A stretch of DNA of 64,000 nt from Mobula hypostoma (GCF_963921235.1 NC_086097.1:215204001-215268000); one strand, 5' to 3'. Positions 24,088 through 36,529 are shown, counted from the first letter of the stretch. Notes: a model not told the origin generated them from the letters alone. Numbers and translations are program-made.

Positions 24088-25410
24088 CAGAATCAGAATC
24101 AAGTTTAATATCACTGGCATATGTCGTGAAATTTGTTACCTTAGCAACAGCAGTACAACACAATAGAAAAAAACGTAAATCAATTATAGTACATATAATA
24201 TGTATATTAAATAGTTAAATTAAAAATAGTACAGAAACAGAAATAATAAAAGTGAGGTAGTTTTCATGGGTTCAATGTTCATTTAGGAATCAATTGGCAG
24301 AGGGGAAGAAATTGTTCCTGAATTGCTGAGTGTGCACCTTTCGGCTTTGTACCTCCTTCCTGACAGTAACAATGGGAAGAGAGCATGCCCTGGGTGTGGG
24401 AGTACTTAATGTTGGACACTTCCTTTCTTAGGCGTCACTCCAAGAAGATGTATTGGATTCTATGGAGGCTAGTACTGAAGATGGAGCTGACTAATTCTAC
24501 AAATTTCAGTAGCTTCTTTTGGTCCTGTGCAGTAGCCTCCCTCCACCATACCAGACAGTGATGCAGCCTGTAAGAAAGCTCTCCATGGTATGTCTGTAGA
24601 AGTTTTCGAGTATTTTAGGTGACAAACCAAATCTCTTCAAACTCCTAATGATACATAGCTGCTGTCTTGCCTTCTTTATAACTACATTGGGACCAGGTTA
24701 GAGATCTTGACACCCAGGAATTTGAAATTGCTCACTCTCTCCTCTTCTAATCCCTCTACAAGGATTGGTTTGTGTTCCCTCATCCTACCCTTTCTGAAGT
24801 CCACAATCTGCTCTTTGGTCTTACTGACACTGAATGTAAAGTTGTTGCTGTGACACCACTCAACTAGCTGGTATATCTCGCTCCTGGGCACTGGCATAAT
24901 TGTTGCCCTTTTGAAGCAGGAGGGAACTTCCAACCATAGCAACAAGAGGGTAAAAATGTCTTTGAGTACATGTGGCAGTTGGTTGGCACAAGTTTTCAGA
25001 GCGTACCAGATATGGGGCCTGCTGCCTTGTGAGGGTTTACCCTCCTGAAAGGCAGCCTGAAATTGACCTCCGAGACATGGATCACAGGGTCACGGGGTGC
25101 AGCAGGGACCTTCACAGCTGTAGTTACATTCTCCCTTTCAAAGCGGGCATAAAATACATTGAAATCGTCTGGTTGTGAATCATCACACCCATTCGGGCAA
25201 TTGGGTTTTGCTTAGTAGGAAGTAACGTCCTGCAAACCCTGCCAGAGTTGACACGCATCTGATGCTGCCTCCAACCTCGCTCAGAATTGTTTCTTTACTC
25301 TTGAAATAGCCCTTTGCAAGTTATATCTGGTTTTCTTGTACAGGCCTGGATTGCCAGACTTAAATGCCACAGATCTAGCCCTCAAAAGACGACAAAGCTC
25401 CTGATTCATT
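24088..25410 (-). mobile_element. Rex1/Babar LINE with internal deletions
   Basis: VPSCFKRATIMPVP joined to LVEWCHSNN..SKTKEQIVDFRK; (agaatc) tail. Confidence 0.85.
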
Positions 25411-27083
25411 TACACCCACTCCAAGCCAGACTAAACACTGGGGTATACAACTTCCCTAGTATCTTGTTAACAAAGTTGTAGTCACTGGAGAACAACGTTT
25501 AGGATCAAACAGCAAGGTTGCTGAATCAGAAGGAAATGAAGGATTGCTGCATTCTTTGTTTCACAGAGGCATGGCTTACTCAAGACATGCTGAATACATC
25601 AGTACCCAAGAGATTTTTGATACGCCGGACGGATTGGACTACCGACTGAGCAAACGGGGGAGGCTGTGTGTCATGATAAACTCTTCATGGTGCTCGGATG
25701 TAGTAGTCTTGTCGCTCTCTTGTTTTCCGACCTGGAACATCTAATGATTAAGTGCTGACTGTTCTACTTACCAAGAGAGTTCTTCGCTCTGTTTCTGACC
25801 ACAGTTTACATACCTCCAAAGACCAATGTTAAGCAGGCACTCAAGGTATGGAGGACAGTGATTAGAAAACAAGAAACACCCTTCCCCAATGCTTTTCAAA
25901 TCATTGTCGGGGACTTCAATAAGGCTTGTTTGAAGAATTCTCTGCTCAGTTATCATTGACACATCATTTGCAGCAGAAAAGGTTCTAACACAATCAGCCA
26001 CTGCAATATTACAATTAAGAATGCCTACCTTAATTTAACATGGATAGACCATATTTCAGGAAATGTGACCATCTGGCTGTCCTGCATACACCTGCATACA
26101 AGTAGAGGCTCAGAGATAAGGACAATAAAATGGTGGTCATGGGAGGCAAAAGAACTGCTATGAGATTGCTTCAACTCAGTCGACTGGTCTGTATTCAAGG
26201 ACCCATCAGAGGATCTAAATAAATATGCTACAGTTGTCACAGTTGTTGATAGGTGATGTCCCCACAAAATCATTCAGTCTTCCTAAACCAGAAGCCCTGA
26301 ATGAACCAAGAGATCTGTGATCTGCTGAGGGCCAGATCAGTGGAATTCAGGTCTGGTGACCAAGTAAAATACATAAGTTCCAGGAATGACCTCTGGAAAG
26401 CCACCTCACATGAGAAGTGACAATTCTGGACCAGACATGAATCACTGAAGGATGCTTGAACCAAGTGGCAGGGCTTGAACATGATCATGTCCTACAAAGT
26501 GAAACCAAGTAGCATAGGTGACAACAAGGTTTCACTCCCAAATGAGCTCAAAGCATTTTACGGTCACTTTAACCATCCTAGCATGGAGGCATTTTCCTGA
26601 ACTCACACAGCCCCTGAAGACCCTATGATTTCAGTTTCTGAGGCCGACATGAGAGCACCCTTCAGGAGGGTGAACCCACAAGAAAACCTCTACCCTGGAC
26701 AGCGAATTGGGCCAGGTACTGAGGACCTGTGCTGATCAGCCAGATGGAGTGTTCAGTGATATATTTAACCCTTCGCTTTGGCAATCTAAGGTACCTACCT
26801 GTTTCAAGAAGACCTCAATTATACTGGTACCTTAGAAGAAAGCAGCAACCTGCCTCAATGATTATTGTCCAGTAGAATTGCAATGAAGTGCCGCCAGGGA
26901 TTGGTGATGAGACGGATCAACTCCTGCCTGAGGAGAGACTTGGTTCCACCCCAGTTTGCCTGTCATCATAACAGGTCCACAGCAGATAGAAACATAGAAA
27001 CATAGAAAATAGGTGCAGGAGTAGGCCATTCGGCCCTTCGAGCCTGCACCGCCATTTATTATGATCATGGCTGATCATCCAAC

Positions 27084-29978
27084 TCAGAACCCAGCCTTCC
27101 CTCCATACCCCCTGACCCCTGTAGCCACAAGGGCCATATCTAACTCCCTCTTAAACATAGCTAATGAACTGGCCTCAACAGTTTGCTGTGGCAGAGAATT
27201 CCACAGATTCACCACTCTCTGTGTGAAGAAGTTTTTCCTAATCTCGGTCCTAAAAGGCTTCCCCTCTATCCTCAAACTGTGACCCCTCGTTCTGGACCTC
27301 CCCAACATCGGGAACAATCTTCCCGCATCTAGCCTGTCCAATCCCTTTAGGATCTTATACGTTTCAATCAGATCCCCCCTCAATCTTCTAAATTCCAACG
27401 AGTACAAGCCCAGTTCATCCAGTCTTTCTTCATATGAAAGACCTGCCATCCCAGGAATCAATCTGGTGAACCTTCTTTGTACTCCCTCTATGGCAAAGAT
27501 GTCTTTCCTCAGATTAGGGGACCAAAACTGCACACAATACTCCAGGTGTGGTCTCACCAAGGCCTTGTACAACTGCAGTAGTACCTCCCTGCTCCTGTAC
27601 TCGAATCCTCTCGTTATAAATGCCAGCATACCGTTCGCCTTTTTCACCGCCTGCTGTACCTGCATGCCCACTTTCAATGACTGGTGTATAATGACACCCA
27701 GGTCTCGTTGCACCTCCCCTTTTCCTAATCGGCCACCATTCAGATAATAATCTGTTTTCCTATTTTTGCCACCAAAGTGGATAACTTCACATTTATCCAC
27801 ATTAAATTGCATCTGCCATGAGTTTGCCCACTCACCCAACCTATCCAAGTCACCCTGCATCCTCTTAGCATCCTCCTCACTGCTAACACTGCCACCCAGC
27901 TTCGTGTCATCCGCAAACTTGGAGATGCTGCATTTAATTCCCTCATCCAAGTCATTAATATATATTGTAAACAACTGGGGTCCCAGCACTGAGCCTTGCG
28001 GTACCCCACTAGTCACCGCCTGCCATTCTGAAAAGGTCCCGTTTATTCCCACTCTTTGCTTCCTGTCTGCTAACCAATTCTCCACCCACACCAATACCTT
28101 ACCCCCAATACCGTGTGCTTTAAGTTTGCACACTAATCTCCTGTGTGGGACCTTGTCAAAAGCCTTTTGAAAATCCAAATATACCACATCCACTGGTTCT
28201 CCCCTATCCACTCTACTAGTTACATCCTCAAAAAATTCTATGAGATTCGTCAGACATGATTTTCCTTTCACAAATCCATGCTGACTTTGTCCGATCATTT
28301 CACCGCTTTCCAAATGTGCTGTTATCACATCTTTGATAACTGACTCCAGCAGTTTCCCCACCACCGACGTTAGGCTAACCGGTCTATAATTCCCCGGAAG
28401 AGCAAGAAGGGGCCATGAGAAGGCCGTGGCGAGTAAGGAAAAGGAAAACCCCAAGGCATTCTTCAATTATGTGAATCCCTTCAATTTACCTAACACCACT
28501 TCCCTACTAACATGTATTTCGCTCAGTTCCTCCATCTCACTGGACCCTCTGTCCCTTACTATTTCTGGAAGATTATTTATGTCCTCCTTAGTGAAGACAG
28601 AACCAAAGTAATTATTCAATTGGTCTGCCATGTCCTTGCTCCCCATAATCAATTCACCTGTTTCTGTTTGCAGGGGACCTACATTTGTCTTTATCAGTCT
28701 TTTCCTTTTTACATATCTATAAAAGCTTTTACAGTCCGTTTTTATGTTCTCTGCCAGTTTTCTCTCATAATCTTTTTTCCCCTTCCTAATTAAGCCCTTT
28801 GTCCTCCTCTGCTGAACTCTGAATTTCTCCCAGTCCTCAGGTGAGCCACTTTCTCTGGCTAATTTGTATGCTACTTCTTTGGAATTGATACTATCCCTAA
28901 TTTCTCTTGTCAGCCACGGGTGCACTACCTTCCTTGATTTATTCTTTTGCCAAACTGGGATGAACAATTGTTGTAGTTCATCCATGCAACCTTTAAATGC
29001 CTGCCATTGCATATCCACCGTCAATCCTTGAAGTGTCATTTGCCAGTCTATCTTAGCTAATTCATGTCTCATACCTTCAAAGTTACCCCTCTTTAAGTTC
29101 AGAACCTTTGTTTCTGAATTAACTACGTCACTCTCCATGTTAATGAAGAATTCCACCATATTATGGTCACTCTTACCCAAGGGGCCTCTCACGACAAGAT
29201 CGCTAATTAACCCTTCCTCATTGCTCAAAACCCAGTCCAGAATAGCCTGCTCTCTAGTCGGTTCCTCGACATGTTGGTTCAAAAAACCATCCCGCATACA
29301 TTCCAAGAAATCCTCTTCCTCAGCACCTTTACCAATTTGGTTCACCCAGTCTACATGTAGATTGAAGTCACCCATTATAACTGCTGTTCCTTTATTGCAC
29401 ACATTTCTAATTTCCTGTTTAATACCATCTCCGACCTCACTACTACTGTTAGGTGGCCTGTACACAACTCCCACCAGCGTCTTCTGCCCCTTAGTGTTAC
29501 GCAGCTCTACCCATATCGATTCCACATCTTCCCGGCTTATGTCCTTCCTTTCTATTGCGTTAATCTCTTTTTTAACCAGCAACGCCACCCCACCTCCCCT
29601 TCCTTCGTGTCTATCCCTCCTGAATATTGAATATCCCTGAACGTTGAGCTCCCATCCCTGGTCACCCTGGAGCCATGTCTCTGTGATCCCAACTATATCA
29701 TAATCATTAATAACAATCTGCACTTTCAATTCATCCACCTTATTACGAATGCTCCTTGCATTGACACATAAAGCCTTCAGGCGCTCTTTTACAACTCTCT
29801 TAGCCCTTTTTAATGCTTGCCCTGGATTTGTCGGCCTGCCACTTTTACTTTTCCCCTTTGTACTTTTTGCTTCTACGCTCACTTTACACCCCTCTGTCTC
29901 TCTGCACTGGTTCCCATCCCTCTGTTGTGAACTAACCTCCTCACACCTAGCCGCTTTAATTTGATTCCCACCCCCCAA
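27084..29978 (-). pseudogene. CR1 ORF2p (APE endonuclease plus RT) with one in-frame stop at 28467-28469
   Basis: NARS, GITETW, GDFN and SDH endonuclease motifs; PQGSVLGP and FADD RT motifs; ORFs 28467..29978 and 27084..28466 abut in frame. Confidence 0.95.
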
Positions 29979-29983
29979 CCATT

Positions 29984-30943
29984 CTAGTTTAAAGTCACCT
30001 CAGTAGCCCCCGCTAATCTCCCTGCCAGGATATTGGTCCCCCTAGGATTCAAGTGTAACCCGTCCTTTTTGTACAGGTCACACCTGCGCCAAAAGAGGTC
30101 CCAATGATCCAAAAACTTGAATCCCTGCCCCCTGCTCCAATCCCTCAGCCACGCATTTATCCTCCACCTCATCGCATTCCTACTCTCACTGTCGCGTGGC
30201 ACAGGCAGTAATCCTGAGATTACTACCTTTGCGGTCCTTTTTCTCAACTCCCTTCCTAGCTCCCTATATTCTTCTTTCAGGACCTCATCCCTTTTCCTAC
30301 CTATGTCATTGGTACCTATATGTACCAGGACCTCTGTCTCTTCACCCTCCCACTTCAGGATATCTTGGACACGATCAGAAATATCCCGGACCCTGGCACC
30401 AGGGAGGCAAACTACCATCCGAGTCTCTGGACTGCGTCCACAGAATCGCCTATCTGACCCCCTTACTATCGAGTCCCCTATCACAACTGCCCTCCTCTTC
30501 CTTGCCCTACCCTTCTGAGCTACAGGGCCAGACTCTGTGCCGGAGGCAGGGCCACTGTCGCTTCCCCCGGGTAAGCTGTCCCCTCCAACAGTACTCAAAC
30601 AGGAGTACCTGTTGTTAAGGGGCACAGCCGCCGGGGTACTCCCCATCACCTGCCTTTTCCCCTTCCCCCTCCTAACCGTGACCCACTTGTCTGCCTCCCG
30701 TGGCCCCGGCGTGACCACCTGCCTTCCACTCCTCTCTATCACCTCCTCGCTCTCCCTGACCAGACGAAGGTCATCGAGCTGCAGCTCCAGTTCCGTAACG
30801 CGGTCCCTTAGGAGCTGCATCTCGATGCACTTGGCGCAGATGTAGACGTCCGGGAGGCTTGGAGACTCCAGGGCCTCCCACATCCGACACCGAGAACAGC
30901 AAACTGCCCTCACAGTCATAATGCCCCTCTCCTCAAATAGCAA
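29984..30943 (-). CDS. CR1 ORF1p: Cys zinc finger, coiled coil and SGNH esterase-like domain
   Basis: CSRC..CAKC, heptad leucines, IGDSIVR, HIGTND and DGLHLN; uninterrupted 319 aa. Confidence 0.93.
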   Translation of the reverse strand: MLFEERGIMTVRAVCCSRCRMWEALESPSLPDVYICAKCIEMQLLRDRVTELELQLDDLRLVRESEEVIERSGRQVVTPGPREADKWVTVRRGKGKRQVMGSTPAAVPLNNRYSCLSTVGGDSLPGGSDSGPASGTESGPVAQKGRARKRRAVVIGDSIVRGSDRRFCGRSPETRMVVCLPGARVRDISDRVQDILKWEGEETEVLVHIGTNDIGRKRDEVLKEEYRELGRELRKRTAKVVISGLLPVPRDSESRNAMRWRINAWLRDWSRGQGFKFLDHWDLFWRRCDLYKKDGLHLNPRGTNILAGRLAGATEVTLN

Positions 30944-31418
30944 CAGAAAATGAATGTCAAACCTTCCTCGCCTCGCCCGCTTCCACCTAAGCCCGGTGAG
31001 CCGAAGCCCTTAAGTCTTCACTCTGCTCCCGGCTCACTCCGCCGCCCGCAAACTACGCTGCCCGCTCTCTGAGGCTCTGTTCCTTTTAAATCTGCCGCGC
31101 TGCACTGCCCGACAGATGTCACTTCATTGACTCTTCACTCGATCCTGGTGGAACATCTGGACAGTGAAGAGGCTTACACCGTGATGTTCCTCATCGACCA
31201 CAGCTCAGCATTCAACACTATCATCCCCTCAAAACTAATCAATAAGCTTCAAGATCTTGGCCTCAATACCTCCCTGTGCAACTGGATCCTCACTTCCTCA
31301 CTTGCAGACTCCAGACAGTTTGGATTAGCAAGAACGTCTCCTCCCCAATCATCATCAGCACAGGTGCACCACAAGGCTGTGTGCTTAGATCCCTGCTCTA
31401 CTCACTTTATACTTATGA

Positions 31419-33740
31419 ATTTAATGGGTACTTTGCATCTGTCTTCACTGTGGAAGACACTAGCAGTGTGCTAGAGGTCCATGAGTGTCAAGGAGCAGGA
31501 GTGAGTGCCATTGTTATCACAATGGAAAAAGTGCTACGCAAACTCAAAGGTCTTAAAGTGGACAAGTCACCTTGACCAGATGGACTTCATCCCAGAATCC
31601 TGAGAAAGGTTGCTGAAGAGATAACAGATGCATTGGTCATGATCTTTCAAGAATCACTTGATTCTGGCATCGTCCCAGAGGACTGGAAGATGGCAAATGT
31701 CACTCTGCTCTTTAAGAAGGGAGGAAGGCAAAAGAAAGGAAATTATAGGCCAGTTGGTCTAACCTCAGTGGTTGGGAAAGTGTGAGAATCTATTATTAAG
31801 GATGTGGTTTTGGGGTACTTGGAAACTAATGATGAAATAAGTCAAAGTCAGCATGGTTTCCGTAAAGGAAAATCTTGCCTGACAAATCTGTTCGAGTTCT
31901 TCAAGGAAGTAACAAGCAGGGTGGACAAAGAAGAGGCAGTGGATAGCATTTACTTGGATTTTCAGAAGGTATTTGATAAGGTGCCACACATGAGGCTGCT
32001 TAACAAGATAAAGTCCTGTAGAGTTACAGGAAAGATACTGGCATGGATAGAGGAATGGCTGACAGGCAGGAGGCAGTGAGGCAATAAAGGGGGCCTTTTC
32101 TGGTTGGCTGCCAGTGACTAGTGGTGTTCCTCAAGGGTCAGTATTGGGACCACTACTTTTCGCATTTTTTTTTAATGATTTGGATAATGGAATTGATGGC
32201 TTTGTGGCAGAGTTTGCGGATGATACAAAGATAGATGGAGAGGTAGATAGTGCTGAGGAAGCAATGCGATTGCAGCAGGACTTAGGCAAATTGGAAGAAT
32301 GGGAAAAAAAGGTGTTGAGAAATGGAATACAGTGTTGGGAAATGTATGATAATTATGATAATGCATATTTTATTTTAGATTATGAAGACACGCAGTCCTC
32401 TTTTATTGTCATTTAGTAATGCATGCATTAAGAAATGATACCATATTTCCTCTGGTGTGCTATCACAAACCACAGGGCAGACCAAGACCGAAAAAACTGA
32501 CAGAACCACATAATTATAACATATAGTTACAACAGTGCAACAATACCATAACTTGATGAAGAAGTCCATGAGCACAGTAAAAAGCTCAAATTCTCTCAAA
32601 TGTCCCACATCTCACGCAGATGGGAGAAGGAAGAGAAACTCTCCCTGCCATGCTCGACCACAATCCGTCACTGAGTCATCCGAAAACTTCGAGCCTCTGA
32701 ATCAGCTCTCTGACACCGAGTACTGAGCGCCATCTCTGTCTGAACGATTAGACCTCAATCTCGGTCGCCAAGAGCAGACAAAGCCAGGGATTTTGAGGCC
32801 TTCCGTCCGGAAGCTTCCCGACTGCGCAGTAATGACAGCAGCGAAAGCGCATTTCAGAAATTTCTCCAGATGTTCCTCTGTGCTTTCACGTCCATCTCCA
32901 TCAAATCAGAATTGTCCACGGCCCCGATTTAATGGATACGATGTCATTTTTCACCAGAGGGCTGCGCACGCGCAGTGCACTGCTCTCTCTCCTCCCACCA
33001 TTTTGGTAAAAGGAACAATAGTGCAGACTATTATCTAAATGGGAGAAGGTTCAAACATCAGAGGTGCAGAGGGACTTAGGAGTCCTCGTGCAAGACTCCC
33101 AGAAGGTTAATTTACAGGTTGAGTTTGTGGTAAAGAAGGCAAATACAATGTTGGCATTTATTTCAAGGGGAATAGGATATAAAAGCAAGGAGATAATGCT
33201 GAGGCTTTATAAGACATTAGTCAGGCTGCACTTGGAGATTTGTCAACAGTTTTGGGCTCCGTATCTCAGAAAAGATGTGTCATCATTGGAGATAGTCCAG
33301 AGGAGGTTCATGAGAATGATTCCAGGAATGAATGGATTAACATATCAGGAGCATTTTGCAGCTTGGGCCTGTACTCACTGGATTTTAGAAGAATACGTGG
33401 AAATCTTATTGAAACCTACCAAATATTGAATGGACTAGATAGGGTGGATGTAGAGAGGATGTTTTCTGTGGTGGGGGTATCCAGAACTAGAGGGCACTGC
33501 CTCAAAATTGTGGGGTGACCTTTTAGAACACAAGTAAGAAGGAATATTTTAGCCAGTGAATTGTGAATCTGTGGAATGCTCTGCCTCAGACTGTGGTGGA
33601 GGCCAAATCCATGGGTATACTTAAGTCTAGAAGGCAGGTGTATGGGGTTGGGTGGAATTGGGATCAGGCATTATGGAATAGCAGAACATATTTGATGGGC
33701 TGAATGGCCTAACTTTGCTCCTATGCCTTATGGTCTTATG
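31419..33740 (+). mobile_element. Degenerate CR1 ORF2 inserted in Rex1, itself interrupted at 32370-32999
   Basis: YFASVFT, SQHGFRKGKSCLTNL, VPQGSVLGP and QRDLGV motifs; cttatg at both flanks. Confidence 0.9.
32370..32999 (-). mobile_element. Non-coding ~630-bp retroposon with a LINE-like 3' tail
   Basis: Interrupts CR1 at gataatgcat|tttggtaaaagg; minus 3' end ccagaggaa..aaatgacaataaa resembles the Rex1 tail at 10195-10270. Confidence 0.7.
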
Positions 33741-34415
33741 GACTGTGAGGCCAAGCACAGATTTATTGGACGAATCAGCATCTACTGTAGGAGGGAGATT
33801 GAAAATCTGGCTGAGTGGTGTCACAACAACAATCTCTCACTCAATGTCAGCAAGACCAAGGAGCTGGTTATTGACTACAGGAGGAGAAAACCAGATGTCC
33901 TTGAGCCAGTCCTCATCGGGGGAATCAGAGATGGAGAGGGTCAGCAACTTTAAATTCTTCAGTATTATCATTTCAGAGAATCTGACCTGGGTGCAGCAGC
34001 CAGCATTCTCAGAAGATTGCCAAGATTCGCAATGTCATCTAAAACTTTGACAAACTTCCATAAATGTGCAGAGGAGAGTATACTGGGTGGTCGTGTCACA
34101 GCTTTGTATGCAAGCACCAATGTTCCTGGACAGAAAAGTCTACAAAAAGTATTGGATACAGCTTAGTCCATCAAGGGTAAAGCCCTTGATACCATTGAGC
34201 ACATCTACATGGAGCCCTGTTGCAGGAAAGTAGCATCCATCATCAGAGGCCGTGCTCTCTTCTTGCTACTTCCACCAGGAAGGAGGTTCAGCAGCTTAAA
34301 GATTCACAACCAGGTTCAGGAACAGTTATCACCCCAACCATCAGGCTATTGAACGAGAGAGGAGATCTTCATTCAACTTCACTCACCCCAGCATGGAATT
34401 GTTCCTACAACCTAT

Positions 34416-35473
34416 GAGCAACACACATCAAAGTTGCTGGTGAACGCAGCAGGCCAGACAGCATCTCTAGGAAGAGGTGCAGTCGACGTTTCAGGCCGAG
34501 AGCCTTCGTCAGGACTAACTGCAGGAAGAGTGAGTAAGAGATTTGAAAGTGGGAGGGGGAGGGGAAGATCCAAAATAATAGGAGAAGACAGGAGGGGGAG
34601 GGATGGAGCCAAGAGCTGGACAGGTGATTGGCAAAGGGGATATGAGAGGATCATGGGACAGGAGGCCCAGGGAGAAGGAAAGCGGGGAAGTGGAGGAAAA
34701 AACCCAGAGGATGGGCAACGGGTATAGTCAGAGGGACAGAGGGAGAAAAAGGAGAGAGAGAGAAAGAATGTGTGTATAAAAATAAATAACGGATGGGGTA
34801 TGAGGGGGAGGTGGGGCATTAGCAGAAGTTAGAGAAGTCAATGTTCATGCCATCAGGTTGGAGGCTACCCAGACGGAATATAAGGTGTTGTTCCTCCAAC
34901 CTGAGTGTGGCTTCATCTTTACAGTAGAGGAGGCCGTGGATAGACATATCAGAACGGGAATGGGATGTGGAATTAAAATGCGTGGCCACTGGGAGATCCT
35001 GCTTTCTCTGGCCAACAGAGCGTAGGTGTTCAGCAAAGCGGTCTCCCAGTCTGCGTCGGGTCTCGCCAATATATAAAAGGCCACATCGGGAGCACCAGAT
35101 GCAGTATATCAGCCCAGCCGACTCACAGGTGAAGTGTCGCCTCACCTGGAAGGACTGTCTGGGGCCCTGAATGGTGGTAAGGGAGGAAGTGTAAGGGCAT
35201 GTGTAGCACTTGTTCCGCTTACAAGGATAAGTGCCAGGAGGAAGATCAGTGGGGAGGGATGGGGGGGGGGGACGAATGGACAAGGGAGTCGTGTAGGGAG
35301 CAATCCCTGTGGAAAGCAGAGGGCGGCGGGGGAGAGAAAGATGTGCTTAGTGGTGGGATACCATTGGAGGTGGCGGAAGTTACGGAGAATAATATGTTGG
35401 ACCCGGAGGCTGGTGGGCTGGTAGGTGAGGACCAGGGGAACCCTATTCCTAGTGGGGTGACGGGAGGATGGAG
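34416..35473 (-). mobile_element. Penelope-like element, left (inverted) arm with GIY-YIG C-terminus
   Basis: ORF 34819..35283 C..C..C, FTCES..IYCI.C..C..YIGET.R.L..RF.EH..P.GMN. Confidence 0.93.
34481..34516 (-). ncRNA. Minimal type-I hammerhead ribozyme motif
   Basis: Minus strand AGUC CUGACGA A GGCU CUCG GCCU GAAA CG UC GACU; stem II weakened. Confidence 0.75.
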
Positions 35474-36529
35474 TTCTCCGTAACTTCCGCCACCAACATA
35501 TTATTCTCCGTAACTTCCACCACCAACATATTATTCTCCGTAACTTCCACCACCTCCAACGGGATCCCACCACTAAGCACATCTTTCCCTCCCCCCCCCC
35601 GCTTTCCACAGGGATCATTCCCTACGCGACTCCCTTGTCCATTTGTCCCCCCCATCCCTCCCCACTGATCTCCCTCCTGGCACTTATCCTCGTAAGCAGA
35701 ACAAGTGCTACATATGCCCTTACACTTCCTCCCTTACCATCATTCAGGGTCCCAGACAATCCTTCCAGGTGAGGCGACACTTCACCTGTGAGTCGGCTGG
35801 GGTGATATACTGCGTCCGGTGCTCCCGATGTGGCTTTCTATATATTGGCGAGACCCGACACAGACTGGGAGATCATTTTGCTGAACACCTACGCTCTGTC
35901 CACCAGAGAAAACAGGATCTCCCAGTGGCCACACATTTTAATTCCACATCTCATTCCCATTCTGATATGTCTATCCACGGCCTCCTCTACTGTAAAGATG
36001 AAGCCACACTCAGGTTGGAGGAACAACACCTTATATTCCGTCTGGGTAGCCTTCAACCTGATGGCATGAACATTGACTTCTCTAACTTCCGCTAATGCCC
36101 CACCTCCCCCTCGTACCCCATCCGTTATTTATTTATATACACACATTCTTTCTCTCTCTCTCCTTTTTCTCCCTCTGTCCCTCTGACTATACCCCTTGCC
36201 CATCCTCTGGGTTTTTTCCCCCTTCCCCCCTTTCCTTCTCCCTTGGCCTCCTGTCCCATGATCCTCTCATATCCCTTTTGCCAATCACCTGTCCAGCTCT
36301 TGGCTCCATCCCTCCCCCTCCTGTCTTCTCCTGTCATTTTGGATCTCCCCCTCCCCCTCCCACTTTCAAATGTCTTACTAGCTCTTCCTTCAGTTAGTCC
36401 TGACGAAGGGTCTCGGTCCGAAACGTCGACTGTACCTCTTCCTAGGGATGCTGCCTGGCCTGCTGCGTTCACCAGCAACTTTGATGTGTGTTGCTTGAAT
36501 TCCCAGCATCTGCAGAATTCCTCACGTTT
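35474..36529 (+). mobile_element. Penelope-like element, right arm with GIY-YIG C-terminus and 3' tail
   Basis: ORF 35643..36095 VIYCVRCSRCGFLYIGET..LQPDGMN; reverse complement of the left arm. Confidence 0.93.
36396..36431 (+). ncRNA. Minimal type-I hammerhead ribozyme motif, best-preserved copy
   Basis: AGUC CUGACGA A GGGU CUCG GUCC GAAA CG UC GACU: stem I AGUC/GACU, 4-bp stem II, palindromic ACGU stem III, GUC cleavage triplet. Confidence 0.85.

Larger units (their letters stand above)
26988..31112 (-). mobile_element. Full-length young CR1 LINE (subfamily A) with 5-bp TSD
   Basis: cagat at 26983-26987 and 31113-31117; GC-rich 5' UTR, ORF1, ORF2 and (catagaaa)n tail. Confidence 0.97.
25440..34415 (+). 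mobile_element. Long degenerate Rex1/Babar LINE in three pieces (25440-26987, 31113-31418, 33741-34415)
   Basis: Protein continues across the inserts: HNRSTAD|VTS..EHLD..SSAFNTIIP..GAPQGCVL..LYTY|DCEAKH..LNVSKTKELVIDYR. Confidence 0.85.

Noticed and set aside
3866..29340. Near-identical 2.4-kb blocks suggesting a segmental duplication
   Set aside because: Identity stops at element ends and the flanks differ, so these are independent CR1 insertions
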